Below are positions 21,327 to 31,855 of a stretch of DNA of 33,701 nucleotides, piece after piece. Positions within the stretch are counted from its first letter, which is position 1, and each line of letters starts with the position of its first letter. The position numbers were made by a program, and so were the translations under genes. Source of the stretch: Ascoidea asiatica JCM 7603 (taxonomy: Eukaryota > Fungi > Ascomycota); assembly GCA_001600695.1 (NCBI GenBank), contig BCKQ01000016.1, positions 240,001-273,701 of the forward strand. Direction: 5' to 3'. Below the pieces are notes generated by a model that saw nothing but the letters and a program-made list of their open reading frames with translations, was not told the DNA's origin and searched no databases.

Positions 21327-21548
21327 TGTTTTCGTGTTTCTTTTGCAACTTTTTCGCTTCAAAATTCACTGCACTTTTCTTGCATGTGCATACAAAAAAC
21401 AAAAAGCAATAAAAAAAAAAAAAAAAGGACCCTGAAATTACGTAATTACACAGTGTTGCTGAGTCAGCTGAAATATTTCTTGAATTTATTTTATCGTTAT
21501 ACAGTACTAAATTGAATTGAATGAATGAAGAATCTATTTGTATTTCAA

Positions 21549-24500
21549 TTAAATTAAAAATCTATATTCAAAAGGTGGTAAAACTTCTTCTTCATCATCT
21601 TGTAAGTCTCCTTTTCTTTTTCTTCTTCTTTTTTTATCATTTTTATTTGTATTTGAATCTTTTTGATTTTTATTCTTATTATTAACTTTATTAAATGTCT
21701 GTTTTTGTTTCTCTTTTTGATGTTCAATTTTAATCATTAAATCTAATTTATCAATAGCAAATTCTGCATGAACAAAATTATATTTCATTGAAAATTCTTT
21801 CAATTTATTATAATATCTTTTATATAATTCTAATAATTTTGTTTTTTCATCTTCAATTTCTTTAATTTCTTCATTTTTTTCAATCTCTTCAATTTCTTTT
21901 AAATTTTGTGAAATTATATTAATTTCATTATTTTTACCCATTTTAATTTCAAATCCTGAAAATCCAATAGAAATACCTTCATGTTCTTCTTCATTTCCAT
22001 TGTTATTATTAATGATATCATTACCAATATTAGTATGAATATCATTGATTTCATTTCCATATTGATTTCCATATTGATCTTCATTTGGTGGTAAAATCAT
22101 TTCATTACTATTACTACTATTTATATTATTTATTTTATTTATTTTATTTTTAACTTCTTTTTTATTTCTTTTTATAATAATATTCTTAACTTTACAATTC
22201 ATTAAATCAATATCTCTTAATTTAATTAATAAACAATTAACAATTCCAATACTTATAAAACATTTAGTACAATGAACATACCAAAATGTTTTTAAATGTG
22301 ATGGTGTTAATTTATTTAAAAATTTTAAATAAAATTCATTTAATAATTTATAACAATCATTTTTAATTTTTTTAATTATTTTTTTAAAATTCTTATTTAA
22401 TTCTATTTCTTCATAATTCTCAATTAAAAAATTTATTATTCTTCTATAAATTATTAAACTTAATGAATAATACATTAAATTTAATGATCCATTAAATTTA
22501 AATACAATATTATTATTATTACTATCTTTTTGTTCTTTCATTTCCTCTTTTTCTTTATCTTTTTCATTCTCATTCTCATTATCATTCTCATTCTCATTAT
22601 CATCCTCTTCTTTATCAATTCTTAAAAACCATGGTAGATGATTATACCATTCATTTAAATTATTTAATAATTTAATACTTTTATTATATGTTATTTCAAA
22701 TGAATCAAATGTAATACTTTTTAAATTATAAATTTCATTAAGTATATCATTAACATAAAATGAATTATTAATTGATTCTCTAAAAATTAAATCTCCAGTT
22801 GTATTATCAAATATTTCTCTTATTATATTTTTTGTAGAATTTGGTGTACTAACATTACTATAATTTATATTTGAATTATTATTTTTATTACCAATAATTT
22901 CATTTTCATTATAAACTAAAAAAAAATTATTTAATAAATTCTTATTTTCTTTTAATTTTTCAAAAGTTTGACGATCAATTAAAAAATCTTCAAAACTTAA
23001 TTTTGGAATTAACCAATTATGTGAATATATATGACTTGGTCTACAATCAAATAATGAATATATTTTTTCAAACATTATTACTGACCATGCAACTATTTTT
23101 CTAATCTTTTTTTCCCATAATGGTATACTTTTCCAATCATCTGGTGAAATATTTAATCCAATTTCTTCACTAATTGTAATCATTTGACAAATTATTTTCC
23201 ATGAATTATTTAAAAAAAAATCATTTTTAAAATAATTTAATAATAACAAACAAGCTTGAATTGTTGAAAAATTTGGTAAATTTGATAAATTATCTTGAAT
23301 TAAAGATTTTGCAATTTTTTCTAAATTTTCAACATTTGGTTTTTCTTTAGATTTTAAATAATCTGGTTTATTATTTTCTGATGTTATTAAAATTTTATCA
23401 TAATCCCACCAATTTAATGCTAATAAATAAACTGCACATAATAAAATTGGTTGAAATTCTCTATGAGATCTTGAATATTTTTCAAAAAAAACAAATTTAG
23501 ATAATATTGGAAAGATTGGATGAATAATTTTAAAATATAAATTTATTAAATATTTACCATTTGGATAAATTAATTTTTCAATTTCATCACATTGTAAATA
23601 ATTTACACTAACAACATTTGTAGAATTATTAATAATTTCAAAACAAATATTTGAATTCATTTTACGTATTTGAATATTTGGATCATTTAATAAAGTAATT
23701 TTTTCTTTTGATAAAACTGATTCTTTTAAATCATTATTAATTTTAATATTAATATCATTATTATCATTATTATCATTATTTGAAGAATTTTTTCTTTTTC
23801 TTTTTTTATTTGAATAAATTTTCTCCTTTTTTTTATCATTTTCATCATTTTTTTCAATATTATTATCTTCAAATTCAATAAATTTATCATTTTGAATATC
23901 TTCATTTATAAACTTATTTAAATTATTAGAATTATTAGAAAGACTTATAATTTTAGGAAATTTAAATAAATTTTTTTCAATAATTGAAGAATAACCAATA
24001 AATTTAGTTGATTTTGGACCTTGTAAAGATAATGTTTTTCTCATAATTGAAGGTCCACCATATTTATCATAATCTTTAACTGGATTAATTAAAATTTGAT
24101 TTTGAATTTGATTTTGATTAATCAACTTTTTTGAATTTGAGTTTAAATTATTTTCTGAATCTATATTTTGATCATTTATATATAAAGTTTTACAAAATAA
24201 ATTTCTATTTATACATTCATTACATTTTTTAATATTTTTATCATATAAACATTTTGATCTTCTTTTTTTACAATTTTCACAAGGCTTTTGTCTTTTTGAT
24301 TTTAATTTTTTTGAATTATTATAAGAATTAGTATTTAAATTATTAATTTGATTAGATGGAATATTTTGAAATTTATTTAAATCAATTTTATTAGTATCAA
24401 TATTATAATTTGAATTTATATTAATGATGTTTTGGTTTAAATTTTGATTTATCATATCAGTAACATTATTTGAGTTACTATTATTGTTATTGTTATTGTT

Positions 24501-25600
24501 ATTGTTATTGTTATTAATGTTACTATTATTATTATTATTATTATTATTATCAGTTGTATTATTATTATTATTATTATTTGAAATTGAATTTTTAATAATT
24601 TGATTATTTGAATGATCATTATTAAATAAAATTGAGAGATTATCATAATTACAAATTTTACCTCTTTTTGTACATTCTTGACAATTTTTATTTGAATTAT
24701 CTATTTTACATTTTGTTCTTCTTTTTCTACAATCATCACAAGGTCTAAATCTTGAATTTTTTTTAATTTGAAATAAAGGATTATTTGATATATCCATATA
24801 ATTATTAGTGTTATTATTATTATTATTATTATTATTGATATTATTATTATTGATGATAGTATTATTACTTTGAAGAGTATCATTTGATAAATTATTGATA
24901 ATATTTGATTGTTTTTCATTTAAATTTAAATTTGTTGGAGGAGTTGTAGTTATAGTATTATTAATTTTATTATCAATATCAATTGAATAATTTAAAATAT
25001 CAAAATTTAAATTATTATCAAAATATTGTTGTGGATGATTTAAATATTGATTATAATTATAATTTGTATTATAATTATAATTTAAATCATTTGAATTATC
25101 ATAATTTATATTAGCGCTGTTATTATTATTGTTATTATTGTAATTATTATAACTTTGATTAAAATTATTTGAATTATTATAGTTGAAATTGTTACTATTA
25201 TTATTGTTAATGTTATTGTTATTATTATTTAATAGATTATTATTGAAATTATTTGAATGACTTTGAAGTGAAATCTCAGAAGGACTATTTTGATAATTAT
25301 TGTTATTTATATTGTTATTTATATTGTTATTTAAAGTATTTGGAGGATTAACAATTTGACCTAAAGAATCCAAACTTTCAAATTGATCATCATCATCATT
25401 TATATTATTATTTATATTATTATTTGAAATATTATTTGAAATATTATTTGAAATATTATTTGAAATATTATTTGAAATATTATTTGAAATGTTATTTGAA
25501 ATATTTGAAGAATATAAAGGAATATTTAAATTATCAGGTGAAAGATTAACTGAATTCACAGAATTTAAATCATTTGAGTATTGATTTAATTCATAATTTC

Positions 25601-25641
<41 letters not shown>

Positions 25642-25727
25642 TGATTATAAATAATGTTGTTATTTGTATTATTATTATTGTTATTTGAATTATTAATATT
25701 AATATTATTATAATTCCAATTTGACAT
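21549..25727 (-). CDS. DAL81: Dal81/TamA-like Zn(II)2Cys6 transcription factor with two zinc clusters and long Asn tracts
   Basis: Clusters CDDCRKRRTKC-x8-CQECTKRGKIC (24651-24740) and CENCKKRRSKC-x8-CNECINRNLFC (24192-24281). Dal81-type blocks PVKDY...RKTLSLQGP and LYFKIIHPIFPILSKFVFFEKYSRSHREFQPILLCAVYLLALNWWDYD. Confidence 0.82.
25419..25503 (-). repeat. 12-bp coding repeat encoding (SNNI) x ~7 in DAL81
   Basis: ATTATTTGAAAT tandem array. Confidence 0.9.
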
Positions 25728-26389
25728 TTTTCTTGATTGAGATTGAAATTAGTAGTATAAATTGAAGATATATAACTTAAGAGTCAAATAAAATGAAATA
25801 ATTATTAGTCTCAGATGAAGATTAATGGAAAAGTTGAATAGTGAATATATAAAACAATAAAAAATAGGATTGATACGAAATCTGAATAGATTTTATACAA
25901 TATTATACAAAATAATACAAAATAATACAAAAAAATACAAAAAAATACAAAATAATACAAAATTTAGGAGGTTAGAAATTATACAAACTTAAGGAAATAT
26001 GATATATGAGAGTTCAGAGATTGAATTGAATTGAATTGAATAATGACAAAACCAAATAGAAAATAGGATACAAGTACTTTAATATTTTTCATTGAATGGG
26101 GTTTGAGCTTTGTTTTGATAGATAAGCGAATAGAGAGAGTATTTGTGAAACTGGAGAATAATAAGATATTAATTGATTTGTTTATATCATTAACATAGCA
26201 GTAATAAGTCTAAAATAAGTTGGAAATAGAATCCTTTGATGCTTTGATTCTGATAAAAGAGCAAGTTCCTAGCGTCAACGAGTACTGGATTATATGGAAT
26301 AAAAACAAACAAACTGACTTTTATTTGAAGTTGATTTAGACCTTTATTTTAGAGCTTTATTTCATTCAGACCTTTATTTTGAATACGCC

Positions 26390-26695
26390 CAGATTCAACC
26401 CAGTCTAGAGTAAAGTGCCAATACTGCAGAGATACCAAGAGATATCCAGAGATAAGAAGATCGGCACTCGCTGAATACCCACGCCCTCGGATTGCAGGAG
26501 GTGATGTCACCCAAAAACGTGAGCAAAAAATAATTTAAAAGTTCCGACTTAGTATCCACATACTTGGTAATACCAGTGGTGAGGATGTAATGCATTAAGA
26601 CATTAGTATACTTATAACTGCAGAACCCAGATTTGTGGTTGTAATGCACAGCAATGTACTAGTGCATTATTATACTGGAGCCAGATTTGCGGATA
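26390..26695. promoter_or_regulatory. GC-rich island upstream of DAL81 with three CCRC-N4-YTGG sites (26556-26567 +; 26627-26638 -; 26681-26692 -)
   Basis: CCACATACTTGG, CCAGATTTGTGG and CCAGATTTGCGG, plus a TAATGCATTA palindrome and a TAATGCAC...GTGCATTA inverted repeat. Confidence 0.55.
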
Positions 26696-26933
26696 TTATT
26701 TATTTTTTTAATTTTATTCTTTTTTTTGTATGCTTTTGTATATTTCTTTATATTTATTGTATTTCAATCAATTTACTAGATATTTATTTTATTTTGGGAT
26801 AATTTTGTTTTTAATTTCCAGAGTAACTTACTCATTTTATATATCCTTTAATTATTCTCTATATATACAATATATATATTTTGATAGATTGAAATAGTAT
26901 AATGTAATAAATAATAAGTAACAAATAATTGAA

Positions 26934-28829
26934 TTAAAATCCAATACCTTTATAAATTAAAATTAAAGCACTATCACTTTCTCCACCTCCAGATAAAGTA
27001 TCAATTTTATCCTTTTTAACAATTGTAACAATATCATCATTAAAATAAAACCAAGTATTACCACTTAAATCAAATTTATCTCTAACAAAACATTGATAAT
27101 GACCAGAATCTGCAGAAGCTCCTTTATGTGTTATAATAGTATTTAATTCATATAAACTACCTGGATTACCACCTTCATTTAATTTTTCTTGATTTTTAAT
27201 TTCTTCTTCTTCATCATCATTTATAATAGGTTGTTTTAAATCATTAAATTCTTCAATTTTTTTTTTAATAACTTCTTCATATTTTTTTTTATATTTTAAT
27301 TCATTTTCATTAAATTTTTTTAATTCTAATTGTTTTTTATTAAAAAAATTCATAAAAATTTTATTTTTTTCTTCAATTTCAAATTTTTTACTTTTTTTAA
27401 ATTCATTATTTTCTTCAAATTTAATTTTATTAATTTTTTTAAATTCTTCTGTAATTGGAAATTTTTTTAATTTAATTTCATCATCATAAAATTCATTTAA
27501 ATCTAATTCATATGGAAATTGAACTTTTCTTAAAATTTTTGCTTTTTTATTAATATCTCTTTTCCAATAAAATCTAATAAAAGAAATATTTAAATATTTT
27601 GGTAATTTTATAAAATTTTTTTTAATATTATAATTTGAATTTTTATTTAAAATTGGATTAAATTTAATTAAATTTTCATTTAAATCTTTTAAAATTCCTT
27701 GTTTTAAAAAATTTATATTAATTGTAATATGACAAGATAATTTTAAAACATTATTTTCATAATTTTTAATAATATTTTCATTAATTTTTGGTAATTCAAT
27801 ACAATAAGTTAATTTTTTAAAATTTGTACCAAATTTTAAATTTATAAAATTTTTATTAATTGTTTTATTTAAAATAAATAAAATTTGTGAAAAACATTCT
27901 TCAGCATCTTGTTGTTTATAATTACCATATTGATCTTTTTCATTAAATTGTGGAAAATTTTTTCTTAAATCTTCTAAAACAGAAATTGGATTAAAAGAAT
28001 TTTTATTACCAGAATAAAAAATTTTTTGATTTAAAATTTTTTGATTTTTTTTAATTTCATTAATATTATTAATATTTGATAAAGAAGTTGATAAAATTTT
28101 ATTTGGTAAATTTAAAGATTGAAATAAAGAAGATAATTTAATTGTGAAAGAATGATAATTTAAAATAATTGGATCTTTTAAATCTAAATCTTCATGAGAT
28201 TTTGAATTATAATTAATAATTTCATCTCTTAATTCTTCACAACTAAATAAAGCTTGAATTGTTGAATTAAAATAACAAGTATTACCTAAATTTATTAAAC
28301 CTATTGGTTTTTCATAATATTCCATTTCTTTATCATTAATAGTAATTATATTATTTTTATTTTTATTTTCATTTTCATTTTCATTATTATTATTATTATT
28401 ATTTAAAATATTTTGATTATTATTTGGTATACTTGAATTATTTAAATTATTTGATATATTAGATAATGAATTGAAAGTATTATTATTATTATTATTATTG
28501 TTGTTGTTAATAGATTTTTTATTAAATTTATTAAATTTAAATAAATTATTTTCAGTTGTACCTAAAACCATAATATTTTGATTTTTTTTTAAATTTAATT
28601 TTTTTAAAATATCATCATCTTTTAATTGACCTTTTTTTAATAAAACTTTTTGTCTTTCTGGAGAAACATTTGTTAATGAAAAGATTTGAGATTTTAAAAT
28701 AATTCCAGAATCATTTAAATTTACATCAATTTTATAAGATTTACCAGCATGTTTAATAACAATTGGTAAAAGATGTTCTTCTTCTTCTTCTTCTTCTTCC
28801 ATTTCAATATCTTCATTAGCAGCTGACAT
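26934..28829 (-). CDS. UBP6: Proteasome-associated deubiquitinase Ubp6 (USP14 ortholog)
   Basis: N-terminal UBL (IKHAGKSY...FSLTNVSPERQKVL); Cys box GLINLGNTCYFNSTIQAL; YKQQDAEE; RFYWKRDINKKAKILRKVQFP; His box ITHKGASADSGHY; LSGGGESDSALILIYK. Confidence 0.96.
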   Translation of the reverse strand: MSAANEDIEMEEEEEEEEHLLPIVIKHAGKSYKIDVNLNDSGIILKSQIFSLTNVSPERQKVLLKKGQLKDDDILKKLNLKKNQNIMVLGTTENNLFKFNKFNKKSINNNNNNNNNNTFNSLSNISNNLNNSSIPNNNQNILNNNNNNNENENENKNKNNIITINDKEMEYYEKPIGLINLGNTCYFNSTIQALFSCEELRDEIINYNSKSHEDLDLKDPIILNYHSFTIKLSSLFQSLNLPNKILSTSLSNINNINEIKKNQKILNQKIFYSGNKNSFNPISVLEDLRKNFPQFNEKDQYGNYKQQDAEECFSQILFILNKTINKNFINLKFGTNFKKLTYCIELPKINENIIKNYENNVLKLSCHITININFLKQGILKDLNENLIKFNPILNKNSNYNIKKNFIKLPKYLNISFIRFYWKRDINKKAKILRKVQFPYELDLNEFYDDEIKLKKFPITEEFKKINKIKFEENNEFKKSKKFEIEEKNKIFMNFFNKKQLELKKFNENELKYKKKYEEVIKKKIEEFNDLKQPIINDDEEEEIKNQEKLNEGGNPGSLYELNTIITHKGASADSGHYQCFVRDKFDLSGNTWFYFNDDIVTIVKKDKIDTLSGGGESDSALILIYKGIGF

Positions 28830-28861
28830 TATGAATTGATTAGTTGTTTACTAGTTGTTAG

Positions 28862-28940
28862 TGATATATGATATATGATATATAATATATGATATATAAT
28901 ATATGATATATGAAATATGATATATGAGATATGAGATATG
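28862..28940 (+). repeat. Degenerate 7-bp repeat (ATATGAT)n just upstream of the UBP6 start
   Basis: Direct inspection. Confidence 0.8.
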
Positions 28941-29095
28941 ATTGATATATTATTAATTATCTATTCTTTGTTTCTACAAAGGTCTTCTTCATATCTTTTA
29001 TATCAATGGGCAATATCTTCATTATCTTTTATATCTTCTTTTTTCTTATTTCTTATTGTTTATTGTTTATTTCTTTCTCTTTGCAGTTTCTCGAA

Positions 29096-29104
29096 GGTGG
29101 CAAT
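29096..29104 (+). promoter_or_regulatory. PACE-like (Rpn4) element GGTGGCAAT upstream of UBP6
   Basis: 8/9 match to GGTGGCAAA, about 270 bp upstream of a proteasome-associated gene; Rpn4 control of proteasome genes is established in yeasts. Confidence 0.55.
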
Positions 29105-29130
29105 TTTGTCACAGCGCCGTCGCAGAGGAC

Positions 29131-29142
29131 CCACAGCACTGG
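29131..29142 (+). promoter_or_regulatory. CCAC-N4-CTGG site in the UBP6/SRP101 divergent promoter
   Basis: CCACAGCACTGG within GACCCACAGCACTGGCTC, 16/18 identical to 16462-16479. Confidence 0.55.
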
Positions 29143-29331
29143 CTCAGACCACCGCCTGCAGCGTAAACGAGAAAAAACAAGAGAAACAGGAGATACAATA
29201 GGATATAATAGATACATGAGATATAATAGATGTAATAGATGTAATAAAATAAAGGAGAGAGGATAAGGAGAAGAATAGAGGATAAGTACAAGAACTAGAA
29301 CTAGAACTAGAACTAGAACAAGAACAAGAAG

Positions 29332-30525
29332 ATGTTGTCTAAGTTGTTGATCTTCACTGAGTCTGGAATAGTGCTCTACAAATACGAGTACCAAAAGGTG
29401 CCTGACACTGTCATCAACCACTTCATTGAGAAGTCCATCATCAACCAGAGCTTGAACAACTACACTTCCATCAATGACATAGATCTAGACAATGATCATT
29501 CCAACAACACTTTCAAGAAGCCCAAGAAACACAACTCAAAAGCAAAAGCAAAAGCAAAGGCAAAGGCTAAAAGAAAAAGCAAATCAAAAGCTTCTCGTGA
29601 AAATGATGTAGATCAAGAAGAAGAAGATCAAGAAGAATCTGAAGATGAAGATACTGATGAAGAGTCTGATGAGGAAGAATCTGAAGAATCTGAAGAAACT
29701 GATTCAGACTCAAATGATAATCTAAATAATAATCAAAATGATTTAAATATACAATCATTCACTTATAAATCTTATAATTTAAAATATCTTAAAGATAATA
29801 ATTATTCATTAATTTTTTTAATAATTTATCCAAATTTAATTACAACAAATTTTAATAATTTATTAAATTTTTTTAAAACTTTTAATAAATTATTTTATTC
29901 ATTAATTTTCAAAGATTTTATTAATAATAATTTTAAAACTTTTAAAAATGATAAAATTGATTGGGAATTTATAATAAATTTAAATAAAAATAAAAATTAT
30001 ATTGAATTTAAAAGATTAATAAATTTAAAAATTATTGAATTTAATTTAAATTTTGAAAAAATTAATTTAAATCAATTTGAAATTAAAAATAATAAAATTG
30101 TAATCAATAATAATAATAAACAAACTGAAAATTCAATTAAAAACTCTAGTTTAAATTCAAATTCAAATCAATTAGTTAAAAAAGTAAAACATGGTAAAAG
30201 TATTAATAAAAAAGCAAGAAAATGGGATGGTGATTATATGATTGAACAAGTTTATGATGATGATGATAACAGTAATAATAATAATAATAATAATCCTTTG
30301 GATTTCTCAAATGATTCTTTAAATGATTTATCAAAATCAAAGAAAAAGAACAAAAATAAGAATAAAAATAAAAGTAAAAATAAAAATAAGAATGAAAATA
30401 ATTTAAATTCTTTAATAAATAAAAATACTTTAACCAAACAAAAAGGTTTCACAACTTTCAAAGATATTAATGAAGAAATTGATAATATTATTTCTAATTC
30501 AAATTCAAATAATATTACTAACTCA

Positions 30526-30560
<35 letters not shown>

Positions 30561-31548
30561 TAAAATCTTTAAATCTTTTTCATTTATTCAAAATTATATT
30601 GGTGGTAAAACTATAACTAATGATGATATTAAAAATTGTATAGATGATTTAAATAATCATTTAATTAAAAAAAATGTATCTCCAGAAATTTCAAATAAAA
30701 TTATTAAAAATATTTCTAAAAATTTATTAGGTTCAAAAACTAAAAATTGGGAATCTGTTGAATTAACTTTAAAAAAATATTTAGCTCAAGAATTACAAAA
30801 AATTTTAACTCCAAATACTTCAATTGATTTATTACATGAAATTCAATTAAAAAATAATAATAATTCCAATTCTAATTCACCATATGTTATTTCAATTGTT
30901 GGTGTTAATGGTGTTGGAAAATCAACAAATTTAAGTAAATTAGCTTTTTGGTTATTACAAAATAATTTAAGAGTTTTAATTTGTGCTTGTGATACTTTTA
31001 GAAGTGGAGCTGTTGAACAATTAAGAACTCATGTTAATAATTTAAAAAAATTATCTGAATCTGATAGTAATTTTGAACCTGAATTTGATAATAAAAAATC
31101 AAATATTGAATTATTTGAAGGTGGATATGGTGGATCAGATTTAGTTGCAAAAATTGCAAAAAGTGCAATAAATTATGCTAAAGATAAACATTTTGATGTA
31201 ATATTAATGGATACAGCTGGTAGAAGACATAATGATGCAAAATTAATGACTCCATTAGAAAGTTTTGCAAAAGCTGCAAATCCAGATAAAATTATTATGG
31301 TTGGAGAAGCTTTAGTTGGTACAGATTCTGTACAACAAGCAAAAAATTTTAATAAAGCTTTTGGAATTAATAAAAATTTAGATTATTTTATTATAAGTAA
31401 ATGTGATACAGTTGGTGATTTAATTGGTAGTATGGTAAATATGGTTTATGCAACTGGAATTCCAATATTATTTGTTGGAGTTGGACAAACATATACAGAT
31501 TTAAGAACATTAAGTGTTGATTGGGCAGTTAAAACTCTTATGAGTTGA
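29332..31548 (+). CDS. SRP101: Signal recognition particle receptor alpha subunit
   Basis: Longin start MLSKLLIFTESGIVLY; KKARKWD; SRP GTPase motifs GVNGVGKSTNLSKLAFWLLQ, ACDTFRSGAVEQL, DTAGRRHND, ISKCDTV, GVGQTYTDLR. Confidence 0.96.
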
Positions 31549-31550
31549 AA

Positions 31551-31611
31551 ATATAATATATATAAAGATATAAAAATATAAAAATATAAAAATATAAAAA
31601 TATAAAAATAT
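31551..31611 (+). repeat. 8-bp repeat (ATATAAAA)n after the SRP101 stop
   Basis: Direct inspection. Confidence 0.8.
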
Positions 31612-31721
31612 AGTTCTTATTGACTGACTAAAATGGTTTATAAACTATTTTAACTATTTATATTTTAAGTAAATAAAATTGAGAATTTAATTCAATTCAA
31701 TTTATGAAAATATTGATATTC

Positions 31722-31746
31722 CTCCTCACTCGGGGTTCGAACCGTA
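31722..31746 (-). other. Isolated tRNA 3'-end-like relic / B-box (palindromic GGTTCGAACC)
   Basis: Minus strand TACGG-TTCGAAC-CCCGA-GTGAGGA-G has the T-loop/T-stem/acceptor layout and resembles the yeast tRNA-Lys(UUU) 3' end (…TTCGAGCCCCCTATGAGGAG). No D arm or anticodon arm is adjacent. Confidence 0.45.
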
Positions 31747-31855
31747 GATACAAAAAAATTAATTCCCAGAAAATCCGCTAATGTTGAATTTCCCAAAGCA
31801 AACAATGCTAAGATTGCTTCAAAACAGATATTAATACAGCTAAAAAGCTATAATT

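Noticed and set aside
21016-21402. 128-aa minus-strand ORF
   Set aside because: It runs through the tRNA-Gly gene and its GC-rich flank; spurious.
26121-26456. GATAAG (Gln3/Gat1) sites upstream of DAL81
   Set aside because: Only two dispersed copies; expected by chance in such AT-rich DNA.
26395-26649. 84-aa minus-strand ORF in a GC island
   Set aside because: Non-ATG start and no motif; better explained as regulatory DNA.
28938-29421. Several short ORFs, including (LV)n and hydrophobic stretches
   Set aside because: Translations of microsatellites (AGAACT etc.) in the UBP6/SRP101 promoter.
31722-31800. Complete tRNA gene
   Set aside because: Only T-arm/acceptor-like sequence is present; no A-box, D arm or anticodon arm.
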